A stretch of DNA of 45,283 nt, counting the filler, from Catajapyx aquilonaris (lineage: Eukaryota): the NCBI GenBank assembly GCA_000934665.2. It is 2 parts of 2 records of this genome, joined end to end, with 100 filler letters (N's around TTAATTAATTAA, not from the genome) between each part and the next. Parts side by side here need not be neighbours in the genome. Positions count along the whole stretch, not along the records: positions 1 to 22,500 come from JYFJ02005860.1; positions 22,601 to 45,283 come from KZ539429.1. One strand, given 5' to 3'. The translations under genes were made by a program, and so were the position numbers. The notes under the pieces were generated by a model, which saw only the letters and a program-made list of their open reading frames with translations, was not told the DNA's origin and ran no database searches. Shown in pieces: positions 12,001 through 23,960 of the stretch; the stretch's first letter is position 1, and each line of letters begins with the position of its first letter.

Positions 12001-13251
12001 ATGCAAGCTATTTACTGGACTATTACGGGAATGCCAAAGCGTCGCCATTTGTACTTAAATTATAGCTAGTGGGAGAGAGGAGGAGAATAGAAGAGTGGGG
12101 TGGGAGTGAGTGGGGAGGACGAGGTGGGGGATATTAGCGGCTGCGGCAGAGAGAGCTACGGCTTCATTATAGGCCGCGTCGCAATATGCAAGACACAACC
12201 AGCCTAATGAGCGGCGAAAGTGGCACAAGTCAATTAGGAATTTCTAAGCATTAGTTGCATGCCCCCGACCAACTTGTTCGAATGCCATTAGAAACGGTTG
12301 CATCGGGAGTTATTTGGCTGAGGGGTGTGGGGTATACCGGCTTGCTATTTGCATCGGGTACTGTCGGTCCCTTGTTTATGCCTTCTAACCACCTGACTCA
12401 ATGCATTCGCACAACATGTGCCACGCTCAATGATTGTCCCGGGAAACTGCACTCTATTTGATCTCCTGTCGGCAGGTGTGGAAGGGTTCATTGCAATCTG
12501 GTCGCTCCTTCAGAATATACGCCTCCAGAAATGCATCATTCAAATACCTTTCGTGGGCATACAACAAAAATCCACAAAATAAAAAATTCTACATAATCAA
12601 CGATTTGACAACAGGTTTGACACACTTGCTTACATGAATGTGAGGATAAAAAATCCTGGCTTCCTGCTGGTTCATTGCGAATCTTTAGGACTAATTGGAC
12701 TTCACCAGGTGATTTAGATAACTGAAACTCAGAATTTTGGAATGGCTGGATTTCTTTTGTATGCAGACCGATATTAAAATATACTCAAAACCACGAATTC
12801 ACCCCAAAGCAAAGGTTTGGCGCCCTTGTGTTTCCACAATATTCGATTTAAAGAGCAGTCAGGTCTAAGGTAGATCCCTCTCTTAAATCGCTTTCATGGG
12901 ACTCGGGACCGACGGGACGGTTTTATGAGGTCTGTCAAAAATTGAGCAGGGGTGATAATGTATCTGCAATTTCGTTCCGGTGTTCCGGTTACATTGAATT
13001 GCAAACCCACTTTATTGTTTCAATATCGAGACGGAGCATTGTCTGAAAAACTGAACCGCAGATGAAACAGTAAGAGTTATGCATTCCATCTGTTGTCAGA
13101 TAGCTTGAATGCACCTTGAAAGTATATGTAGCATAATTTACATCATACTGAATGGCAATATTATGTCAAGTATTATGTACTATGTCGCTCAAAATCGTCT
13201 CTTATGTTTTTGATCGATATAGTACATGTACAGTAGCCTACGTATACTGTA

Positions 13252-13389
13252 CGTGGTGTTTCATAATGATTCCGGCAAATGTGAACTGCTGACCAGACGA
13301 TCTCGTCATGTAGAAGTGTTACTTAGTTACCAAGAAAATGGGATGCCCTGGACCAGGAGTTCATCTTGGAATCAATATGAAACACCCTG
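13252..13389. mobile_element. Old, short CAGGGTG-type MITE
   Basis: Left end CGTGGTGTTTCATAATGATTCC..TGAACTGCTGACCAG matches the reverse complement of the right end, CAGGGTGTTTCATATTGATTCC..TGAACTCCTGGTCCAG. Confidence 0.7.
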
Positions 13390-14905
13390 TCCAATACTAG
13401 CATCCCTCCCTATCCTCTACAGGGTGACACACTGCCCAAGTTGACATCTCCAATAACGTGGGGTAAACCTTGATGGATGACCGGTTCCAGTAGTGCATGC
13501 ACACCAGGATAGGAGAATATATTTCTGTACGTAGGAACGAAGGAAATGCAGGGTCTAATATTATTAGAACCTGCATTTCCTCACGGTCGAGAGTACATAA
13601 TACTCAGGTCTGGCAACTTCCCCTCTTATCGCGTGGATCTTGAGAGTCCCAACCACTCGCTGATCCTGTACTGTACAGTGTACAAGGAGCGACACTACCC
13701 CACTGCGGCCAGAATTATTACAATTATAGAATTATTAGAACGGATCATGAGAACATTGATGCGAACAGGCCCCAGTGCAAAGGAACGAACGGACCATGCT
13801 TCCTAGATTTGAATTGGCGATTTGGGAGGTTTGGGAGTCTTGGTCCGCTGTGTTCCGCCACCAGATTCGCTGTGTGCTGCCTGTTGGTTGAAGTAACTGA
13901 CGGAACGGGACAAGCGCCGAAACTAAATCGAAGCGGCAACCCACCTAACTAGCCTACTGATATGCCGCTCTAAGGTCACGGGGATCTGACGGGGAAACCC
14001 ATATGAAAAAATCAGAGTTGCAGTGAGGTGATTTCCTTGTTGGAGAGTATGCCTCCCTCCCTTCTCATACTCCACGTCCGCGTCCCGCAAAACTGCTTTG
14101 CTAACAACCCATTTGCACCCAGGAAGAATGCCAGGAACTCAAGTAGCCCTCTCGTTCGAACCCGCTCGGACTAATAAATAAATGAAATGTACAAAAATAT
14201 CCCATTTGATGAGCTATTAGGAGGGAAGTGGCTGCGGAATACATGCATTAATGAGTCCCCGGAAAGTGCCTGGGACACAGGGACAATTCTCTTCCATTAT
14301 CTGGCCCACCCTGCGACACTACAACGCACTTGCCCTAACCTTCTCCCCCCTCCTTCTCGCTCGCTTCTACTCTGTACGCAGGGTAGCCACTACTGCTTGC
14401 ACTCACTAGGGCCATGGTATATAGGCTACACTGCAATATTCTACCTTTCTTACGTGTCAGGACGCTTCGTTTCAATGTACAGTATACAGTATATGAGAAC
14501 ATTCTTAAGTAATTTGTCCAAAGCAAAGCCAGCCGCGTTCTAGACATGTTTTTCTAGCGCGCTTTAAAAAAATAATAACCTTTCCTAAGCAAAATGATAA
14601 AACCAAATCAATAATAATGAAAAGGGACCTTTACAATATTCAGGAAGCACAAAACTTCTTGATGGTTGCTTGTTTTATTTTATTGGTTTGCTTGTTGGCT
14701 TTCGGACAGGAAGGCCGCAAATTATGTGCTATACTGATATCTCCCAGAATTCCAGGGAACTCTAGATCTTTCCGTAATCAATCATCCGAATATTTTTCTC
14801 GCATTTTAACCTTACAAATTGGCAATAGCTGTTGATGCACGTAGTCGTCACCATTCCATGTCAACAAATCAACTGATTTTTCTTGGATGACGATATTTTG
14901 ACATA

Positions 14906-15464
14906 CAGGGTGTTTATTGTAACTCTGCAAAGACTTTCAGGGGCAATAGAGGGGACCAATACAAGTATTTTTGACATAGGAACCCGTGTCCGGAAACGCC
15001 ATCTAGAGGGGGTTCATAGACGAGGAACGGGTGCGCTCAGACGCGTCAGGCGAGAGGCGCTAGGCGAGCGGACTGTTTTGTTGGTAGATGGCGCACAGTT
15101 GTTGCCAGGTTATGGCGTATCGCGTCGTTGTAAGTAAACAACAAGGCGATACGCCATAACTTGGCAACAACAGAACCGCTGTTGACTATCCGCGCGTCTC
15201 CCAGGAGGCGGACTTTAGTTGCTAGATGGCTCTGTTGTTGCCAGGTTATGGCACATCGCATTGGTGTTTAATATCCGAGCGCCATCTATCAACAAACAGT
15301 CCGCTCACCTAGCGCCTCCTGCGTGAAGCGTCTGAGCGCACCCGTTCCTTGTCTATGAACCCCCTCTAGATGGCGTTTCCGGACACGGGTTCATGTCAAA
15401 AATACTTGTATTGGTCCCCTCTATTACCCCTGAAAGTCTTTGCAGAGTTACAATAAACACCCTG
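14906..15464. mobile_element. CAGGGTG-ended MITE with ~187-bp TIRs, internal hairpin and TA TSD
   Basis: TA|CAGGGTG...CACCCTG|TA. Arms 14906-15094 and 15279-15464. Inner inverted repeat 15098-15123 / 15146-15171, with a third copy of that unit at ~15232-15259. Confidence 0.93.
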
Positions 15465-18060
15465 TATATGTACAAGTGAAACGAGCGAAACTTTTTCAAA
15501 TAAGCTTGTCAATATAAAAAAACGTTAAAGGAGAGTAGGCTACAGGCTGCAGATTATAATGCTCATTATTCCCCACCGTTCTACTTTGCCTCAAATGATA
15601 CGCATTATTGGGGTAGGTGCAGGAGAATGATACAATTTCATATTTTTTCAGAAGATTTTTTTGTTGTGTCTCACCCTACATTATGATTTTAATAATTTAT
15701 AAGGAGCAATTCTTACGCAGAGGCAGCAGACAATAATCCACCTCACCTATATTATAGATGTACCACACTTGCAGTGCAACATGGCATCTGGCGTGGCCCA
15801 TAGTTTCACTGTAATGGGTTACTTAACCGCAAAATAGAGAATACTTTGAGGTGAATATCGGACCACTCAATTAGCTGCTCGGGCATATAACCTCACTCAG
15901 TGTTTGGAATAATGCTCCGCATTCGGAACTTATCAGGCTGAAACATCCGTGCAGTAATACGGTCGAGTGCCATCCAGACTATTTCTGCAAGGCATGCACT
16001 CGAAAAAGTGAATTTCTTAATTTGATGCCAGCACAACAATGCAATTAAGTGAAATCGGTTACATCGCATATACATTATATATTGTGACCGACAAATCCAC
16101 TTATTCCTCGAGGTGTATGGTCATAATATTGCAATCGAACATTGTCCCCAATCTACTCAGGTATATATACAATAAATTTTGCCATATAGACGGGAGAATT
16201 TTTAGGCAGGTCATTACCAACAACCACCCTGTTGGTTCTCATCAGCCAATTATAGTAGCTGTAGCCAGAATTTGAATATATTCGGGCAAAACGAGGTAAG
16301 TGAACCTTCGGTAAAAGTCACAGTTTCTTCCTTTAACTCGCTAGTCCACAAATACGAAAACTATTTCCCGCATCCCGTTTTATTGCAAGACCCTTCAAAA
16401 GAGCCAGTGATATCACTTTCGCGTACTCGCCCTCGCACGACTTTAGTGAATCCCATGATGAGATTTTTGCTTTCAGAAAAGTAAACTTCTTTTGATTTCT
16501 TTTTCCAAAACGCCTGTGGAATCCACACGAGTCCACTAAAGGGTTATGCGCTATACTAACAGCGACGTTTGGACACGGACAAGCTGTGCCAATCAACAAT
16601 CTAGCGTGATTCACAACTAGTACATGTCAATCTCTGGCCGGGGTAAGTCTATATACTCATTGACTTTTCAATGACGTTTTTGGAGGTCATGGCGTGCTAC
16701 TAGCTTCGGACAGGAGACATTTACAGATAATGCTGCAATACTATTTCAAAAATTAATCCGCTGACATTTTGCTTATCCAGTAGCACGTAGCCTATAAGCC
16801 ACTCACTTTGGGATTGCACCGAAATTATTTATTGCCAAGGCTAAGGCATAGTAAACTTTTACGTCACATCGAAATTATGACAACGATGCTCCTCTGTAAT
16901 TGACTAGCAAGATGGTTTCCATTTTTAAAATGTCATAATCCTTGATAAGAGAGCTATTACATCAGCTCTTACGCTTTTGACCTTCCTCACATCAAACGCT
17001 CACTAACGCCATCTGGCGCCCAATTTACGGCTGGCGAGCCTCTGACCAACTAACAAGTAAGCATCTTCCACCTATACCGGTATAGTCAACTGCCACCACT
17101 AGAAATACTTTTGAGCTAAGGGTCAGCCTTTCCCTGATGATTCACAATATTATACGATGGCTGAAATAGTGACAAAATGGCTCTGTGAGCATTATAATAA
17201 TTAACGAACAATCACCACATCTCATACACACTGCAAGCTTGAAAGTTACCTTCTATGCATCACATTTTCCTGTTGTTAGAAAACTGACTTTTCATTTTTT
17301 TTTCAGAAAAAGAAGCTTACTGAGTTACTGGTGTCAGCAAATATGGCAGCGCAAGTCCTACAATTACGGCGACCAAGAGGTTGGTTTCTCTTTCAGCAAT
17401 ATCTCAGATGGAAGGATGACAAAACAACCTTTATCAATGACTCTGACAAAAGCTTAATACCTTACTTAAGGACTCCAGAAGCAAAAGACAACGCCCACTG
17501 GCACTTATCCCACGGTAAATGAGACAGAAATACTACCTGTTAGCAGAAACAAAGCAAGTTTTGAATTGAATGCCAGTATAAAGCATAACTTTTCTCTTAA
17601 ATTGCTAAAGTTAAAAAAGAATGGGGAAAACGACACAAGGGCAGTCCGTGTAGTAGTGTTCATGGCAATCAGTATAAAGTAAAGAAGAAACGATAATGTC
17701 CAGCGCTCGAAATGCCCCCTTGTAAATTCAGCCTCGGGCTACACATTATTAAGACATACGACTAACGGATAAGGCAAGTGCTGAAATTTAGTTAGTACAG
17801 TCACACAACCCTGGTTAGTGATAAAAATGACTCAATTAAGAAGTAGAGGGGGAGGGAGGTGGTAATCGATTTTCATGTTAAGTCTCCGTCCTCCTAGAGA
17901 ATAGAAACGGATGTAATCTTCCACATGCATCTGATGGGCATTCAGATTTTCCGAGACCATTTTTTTAATTATATTAAAAAGAAACCTGTCGCACATGGCG
18001 CTGCCCGCAGACTGTCGGTCTACACCAGCCCCCGGACACTCATACTACCTTCTGATGTTA

Positions 18061-18365
18061 TCACCTGCCGACGCGTTTTGCAGAAGGTGCTCACTTGAGA
18101 GCGCCATGAGACATTTCACTCTCCGGATAACTGGCGACCCTACCGGACTAGGCTGAACTTTATAGGTACAAAACTAACAAAAGGGAAGCGCTACATTGGT
18201 GGACCCAACATGGTCGCCGACGGCCATTTTGTGCCCTCATGTAGCGCTTCCTTTTTGTACCTATAAAGTTCAGCCTAGTCCGGTAGGGTCGCCAGTTATC
18301 CGGAGAGTGAAATGTCTCATGGCGCTCTCAAGTGAGCACCTTCTGCAAAACGCGTCGGCAGGGGG
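18061..18365. mobile_element. Young foldback MITE with ~130-bp arms
   Basis: CCTGCCGACGCGTTTTGCAGAAGG... from 18064 mirrors the sequence ending at 18362, essentially without mismatch for ~110 bp, followed by a ~9-bp indel. TA at 18059-60 and 18366-67. Confidence 0.9.
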
Positions 18366-18434
18366 TAGGTGGGAGTGTCAGACCTTATCTTCTATGACCG
18401 TGGTCTAAACTCATATGCGTGTGGTTCAGACTCC

Positions 18435-18539
18435 TGCGAGAAAGTGACACTTTTGCGAATGCGATTCCGTGCCCGTTCGTCGCGGGTTGGTATCTAGGGA
18501 GCACATTATCGCACTAGCAAAAATTGTCACTTTCTCGCA
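18435..18539. repeat. Small foldback with ~31-bp arms (MITE relic)
   Basis: TGCGAGAAAGTGACACTTTTGCGAATGCGAT versus ATCGCACTAGCAAAAATTGTCACTTTCTCGCA. Confidence 0.7.
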
Positions 18540-19299
18540 AAAGTGGTGGTTGCCATGCAGCTCTCTCATTTTTTGTATTAAATTTGGGTTACACTTACAA
18601 AAATTTACTAAGTGATTCGCACAGTCGCGAAAGGTTTACAAAAATGCTATGACATTTTATATTGACAGCTTAATAAACTCGGTCCTAAATGAATTGATTG
18701 GTTCCATCGCCCCTCTCCATTCACTTGGACAACAAGGTGCCCACTTTAGCAGCCTTGGACACCGCACATGCGGCACTTGAGCTCGTAGTGCGTATTATTG
18801 ACACACTGGCTACTCAAACACTCACTGGTGCAAGATAAACTTTGCCATGATCAGTGTGATGTGGGTTTTTTCATCGTATGGTGGTTGACGTGCACTGATC
18901 ACAGTTCTCTGGAGCTTCCCTTACAAAAATACTTGGGAGCACTTAATGGGTGATCAATGAGTATGCCACGTTAACGGATTACGTCCCAAACACGACAGGT
19001 GCTGGTATCTCAAGCATACTCGACGGGATAAGCAAAACTGTTCAGGGTCAAGATAAAAATAAAACTGAAACATGTAGTATTTTCTCATACACTTTTTCTT
19101 AAGATCTGCCTCTCCTCCGCTGAATTACAAAAATAATATCTAACCATTTTTATTTGGATTGATGATTATGGGTATTCTATACACTCGATTGTCTGAGCTT
19201 ATTTGACTTGACCCACTCAGGTATTTCAACTTGTCCTGCATTCTGGTGCAATTTTTTTGCAGACATGCTGAAATCAGATCTAAGCGTCATGTCCTAAGT

Positions 19300-19360
19300 C
19301 AGCAGTTCCCAACCTTGTGGACCATAATGGAATTTCAAGGCCTCACCGCTCCCCTCCCCT
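19300..19360 (+). mobile_element. Solo hAT-like terminus
   Basis: CAGCAGTTCCCAACCTT resembles the CAGTGGTTCCCAAACT-type hAT (Charlie-like) TIR. No partner end found. Confidence 0.4.
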
Positions 19361-20209
19361 TCCCCCCAAACGCCTAATACTGGGAGGGAATGAAGAGGCC
19401 TGTTTTTCGCTGAATATCTTTTTCTTCATCCACTTCTGCTCACGCCCTACGTAAGTAACATCCTACTTACCACAAATTAACACGATTTCATTTTATAAAG
19501 GAGGTAAAGAAGGAGAAAGTGACGTAATTGGAGCAAGGGAGGTGGGTATCATGAGAAGATTTCATCGTGGAAGGTGGTGCAGAGGGAATTCTGTGTAAAA
19601 ACTGTCACTTACACCCGGAAAATATGACAATTTGGAAGGTTCCCGCTGAACCCCAGCACCTCACCTGCATCGTTGTTTAGTCTGTGTGTGGCGCGGACGA
19701 TAGAGCAATCGTTAAGCACTTTGCTCTTGGGCCAGATGCAAAGGGCGTAGCAGACACAAATGAAGTAATTGATATACCCAAGGGTCCGGAACTTTATGCC
19801 CTCGATAATACCTGGTGGCAAATGCGCGCGGAAAGTTAGACCGTCAAAGGCAGTGCGCACTTTGTAGGATCCGGCAGGCACTCAGCTATTATCACTCACG
19901 GTCTTTAAGGCCAACGTGACGTCATTTATATACGGCCATGTCTCTAACCAAGGCATCATCAACAGATAACTATCTCTTTCTATGTTCATAATCAGCACTT
20001 GCACGCTATTTTAATTGAAGGGCTGGGATAAATGATATATTTCATCACACATGTTTACCTCTCAATTATTGCTCAATTCGCCTAGCTTCATGAATCCCCT
20101 GCTAGAAAAAAAATCCATCGACACATGTAGGTTAATTACTGATTAATATCAATACTTCTAATGCAAATTAAATACTGACTGGCATCAACGGCATAATACT
20201 GTAGTACAA

Positions 20210-20376
20210 CATGGTCATGGCCACTACCCTTACAGATCTGAGGCCTAGCGTTAGATCCCCCTGATGGGTTGAGCGATGATGGACTTTCTCACCTAGATTG
20301 AGTTTTCGATGGGTCCTCTCTCAGATTGCGTGGGGTTTTCTCCCTGGAGGGTCTTCCCATTTCCTCACTCTCCCCA
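20210..20376 (+). mobile_element. Possible old SINE relic with V-domain-like core
   Basis: Degenerate B box (GCGTTAGATCCC) followed by TGCGTGGGGTTTTCTCC...TTTCCTC, which recalls the V-SINE core. No TSD seen. Confidence 0.33.
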
Positions 20377-20879
20377 AATACATCAACAATGAAGTGATTA
20401 AATAAAGCCGGGAATATCAAAATAGGGTCCCTTAAGAGGCTACAGGATTATCATGGGGTATCAAATTTCTTATTCTACTGCTGTACTAGTAGTCTATAGT
20501 AGTAGTGCGCAGTAGTGACGGTTGACATAATTAGTTTCGCGTCGGTCGCCTTGTTGGATCGAGATGGGTTTAGATATTTTAATTAACTTTATAAATAACT
20601 TCATTGCATATTTTGGATGACCTTTCCAGAATATACTGTCCCAGTTTATTACAGTACTTGGATGTAATATATCAAGAATCCTAGTTATTGGGGATCCAAA
20701 TAAAGACTTTCGAACGAAATACAGGATGTTTTTCGCAACAGGTAAATTCCGATATATTCAACAACGTTACTGAGATACAGATTAAGCAACATCAGGTCCG
20801 TTTGAGATATGCTTCTTCGTATTAAACTCTCTGCACAAGGACCTCTTCGTGTTCTGCAAACTGCGGGTTCAGTGCAATG

Positions 20880-21001
20880 GAATCCTCGTATTCTTTAACT
20901 CCGCCCACTTCCACAATTGGGATAGACCGAGAAAATGCCGTCACCTTCCTCCTTCCGACCCAACATCTTATATCCTACAACCACTGAATGTAGGTATCTG
21001 C
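20880..21001 (+). pseudogene. Fossil pogo/Tigger-family (DDE_1) transposase fragment
   Basis: With frameshifts it reads ILVFFNSAH...ENAVTFLLP-x-TSYILQPLNVGI, matching the DDE_1 pattern LLxxDxHxSH...LPxxTSHxLQPLDVG. The catalytic Asp residues are lost. Confidence 0.65.
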
Positions 21002-21350
21002 ACAAATAATTTCATCTTTTCCTGGCATCCGCATCCCTTTAGGATTTGAAAATTGCAATATGCACCTAATAATTAGAAGAGAAAATATTTCCCTTTGTCG
21101 TATATGAATGTTAAATCTGCATACATTCAGATAACGGCTTCATTTTACCACAAAAATTTTGAGCGCCTTCAGAAACGCTTCTAGAGCGAATGGAGCACAA
21201 CATTTTTGTTGTTGTTAACAGTGAAGACTGAACAATGGTCAGCAAAAACAATGTACCGATGCTTGAAACAAGACGGGTTTCCGCTATACAGTAAAAGTTC
21301 ACACTTTTCCTTTAACGTTTAACATCAATCGCAGGGAAGGTGTCAATACG

Positions 21351-21700
21351 TTATTTTATGGGCGGTAGCCCCTAAGTAAGGCCGTTCAATAATTCTCAAC
21401 AATTAATTTTTCCAACTTGTTCTTCTTGTTCTTCTTATTCTTCTTGTTCTAGTTTTCTTCTTATGTTTTTTATTTGCACTAACTCAAATACTGTTGCAGG
21501 TAGAGCTTCGAAATTTTGAACAGATTCCCACCGTCGTGAAGTGCATTCCTACCATTTATACTTATACAAAATTCCTCTTCTCAACACCATAAAAAATTTA
21601 AAACAATTACAATTCTGATTTTTTTTTTCTCGCAATAACTGTTCTGAATTTGATTTTTGTGTCAAATGGCCAAACGTGTAACTGGACGGTGTTCCATCTT
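21351..21700 (+). mobile_element. Helentron/DINE-1-like non-autonomous fragment
   Basis: T-rich start with a short imperfect inverted repeat, a (TTC)-rich microsatellite at ~21417-21465, then TAACTCAAATACTGTTGCAGGTAGAGCTTCGAAATTTT resembling the DINE/HINE core. Right boundary approximate. Confidence 0.45.
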
Positions 21701-22150
21701 CTACGGAATATAAGTTATGATTCCCCCCCCCCCCCTATTTTTTCCATCATTACTTCATTTAGCAACGTCAATTCTTGTTTACCACCTCACCGTATTATTA
21801 GTATATTGCTGTGGGTCAAATGTTATGCCGCTGCGCTGAGGCAAGACGAGCCGAGTGGATCTATCGGAATCGGATCATAGAATTTCTTTGCTGTTGTCTC
21901 CCACTGAACCTCACAGGGAGGATTTAGAGGTGATCATTGTTTCATATAGAGAAATTCAATATACTGTCTTAATGTTGAAGTTCCTGATTTCAGAAAGTAC
22001 ATTTATGGAGTGGCTCATGGAACTATTTTCAGAAATGATACTTTATGAGAATTAATTTTGAAATTGCTTGAGTAAGACCTATGTGGTACAGCTTACGTGC
22101 GCCTGCCTTGTTTCAGTAATTTCATTCCGTCACGGAGGTCTTACTACCCC

Positions 22151-22290
22151 TTTTAGACTTTCTCTCATCATCGAAAAAAGTCTTATAGAACGGCGCTGCC
22201 TGCCTGCCTGCCTGCCTGCCTGTCCGTCCGTCAGTCTGTGGACAGGTATCAGGGCCTCAACCGCAAAAGATAGCGACAAACTGTTTTCAT
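22151..22290 (+). mobile_element. Helentron/DINE-1-like 5' fragment
   Basis: TTTT followed by the AGACTTT...AAAGTCT inverted repeat (22155-22183), then a (CTGC)n/(GTCC)n microsatellite at 22196-22236. This is the typical DINE-1/HINE layout. Confidence 0.6.
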
Positions 22291-22315
22291 ATTCGAATTA
22301 AGCGTGACCTAAATA

Positions 22316-22400
22316 CCGTATTTACTCGCATATAAGACGCACACGCGTATAAGACGCACCCTGGTTTTGAGGCGAAAAATCGTGGAAAATCGGTTGTTGA
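22316..22400 (+). mobile_element. Left end of a CCGTA-ended pogo/Tc2-like element
   Basis: TA|CCGTATTTACTCGCATATAAGACGCAC with a second TATAAGACGCAC copy. Partner end not seen; an assembly gap follows. Confidence 0.65.
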
Positions 22401-22500
22401 CTCATATCCTCCTGAGACCTGAGAAGGATTTTTTAACGCAATGTCAGTTCCTATTGCATTTTCTGAACATGTTCCCAATAAGAAACGAGAAAAAAATTTT

Positions 22501-22600
22501 NNNNNNNNNNNNNNNNNNNNNNNNNNNNNNNNNNNNNNNNNNNNTTAATTAATTAANNNNNNNNNNNNNNNNNNNNNNNNNNNNNNNNNNNNNNNNNNNN
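22501..22600. other. Assembly gap with artificial linker
   Basis: 44 N + TTAATTAATTAA (22545-22556, stop codons in all six frames) + 44 N, totalling exactly 100 nt. Confidence 0.95.
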
Positions 22601-23888
22601 TAATAAGTAAAAGAATTTGATAATTTGTGTTTCAGTACCGGTATATTCTTAAAAACTTGTCATAGATAAAATCCTGCTCTATTGAAAAAATACTTGTAGA
22701 TCGCTGCGAGAGCCAATAATAAATTGATATGAAGAAATTAATATGAAGAAAAATAACTAACTCTGCTTGAGTATATGTGCAGGAAGCGCTCACCTACAAT
22801 CCTGTAGTGTTGACGAGTACGAAATGAAGGATTAAAAATTGTCAAAAAAAAGTATCTAAAAATATGAACGTGGATCAGTTAAAAGAAAACATAATAACTT
22901 AATAATGCCGACTGCTCGAAACATTTAATGGGAGGCTCCTGGTTACAATAATTAAGCATTGCGAATGGTTCAACGAGATTGATAGTACCTGATGCAGTTG
23001 TGAACTGGGTTGTCTGAAAATCAGGTATGAAGCACATTATCTAGATTCAATTTTTTTGCCATTATTAGCTCCATATTAGCCACTAGACCAATGCAACACA
23101 TGACAAATATCTACTGCATATGCGGGTAATTAGCTAGTACTGTAATACAGGCCAATGTTTAACTCGAACGAATACTTCAGTAACGGATTGTAATGTTTAG
23201 ATGCAATGACATGCTATAACATTGAAGCCTTTTTTATTCTAAATTTCCTTAATAATAATACTGTACTTGTCTCCCTGAAGACCTGGCACCCGAAGACCTG
23301 GCACACCGAAATTACTCGTAATTGACCTGGAATCTCAACGAGCAAGAATTATTGAGGGATAATTAAGGTTCCTTTATTAGCAAGCTTGTTTTTGTTTTTT
23401 CCGATCCACAGATATGGGCACAACACGCATTATATGAAAAAAGTTAATCTGTTTAATCGCACATACGTATAGATGTAGATTCTGCTACGTATGACGGTGA
23501 TGACGGTGCTTCAATATTACTTCGAGCGTTCCTCTCTGCATTTCTTGGTCCTCCTCCAGGCGGTTTATGTGAACAGGAGCTTTGTCCTGCATCTGAGGAA
23601 GAGAACAGATAGTTGTGAAACTATTGGCCATCACTCACTTTATAGAGACAGAGACATTAAATAGCGGCGTTTGAAATCGTAGATTCGGTTATGCGGAAGT
23701 AAAAAAGGCGTATTTATTAGTACGGTATAATATAGTGTGTATTGTATACACAGCCTATACAGAGCATCTATGCCCTTCTTTTGGAGATTTGGACATGGTG
23801 TCACCCTACATGAAATTATGTTCAATATTATGTGTTACGAAGATGTTCATAGGTCTCCTCGTGATGAAGCAATAACTCCTACGAAGTG

Positions 23889-23960
23889 GGGGGTGTATCT
23901 CAGTGGTAGAGCGTTCGCTTGGCATGTGAAAGGTCCCGGGTTCGATCCCCGGCACCATTT
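23889..23960 (+). pseudogene. tRNA-Ala-derived pseudogene or SINE head, anticodon GGC
   Basis: Cloverleaf order is intact: D arm TCTC-AGTGGTA-GAGC, anticodon arm TTCGC-TTGGCAT-GTGAA (GGC at 23921-23923), T arm CCGGG-TTCGATC-CCCGG. The acceptor 3' strand is CACCATT rather than CACCTCC, so G3:U70 is lost. T6 run at 23958-23963. Confidence 0.85.

Noticed and set aside
16272..16614. Possible LINE reverse-transcriptase remnant (KAKISSW)
   Set aside because: A single weak motif with no YADD or other RT/endonuclease motifs nearby.
23889..23960. Functional tRNA-Ala gene, or LTR primer-binding site on the minus strand
   Set aside because: The acceptor stem is defective and G3:U70 is absent. A PBS would be ~18 nt next to an LTR ending in CA, not a whole tRNA body.
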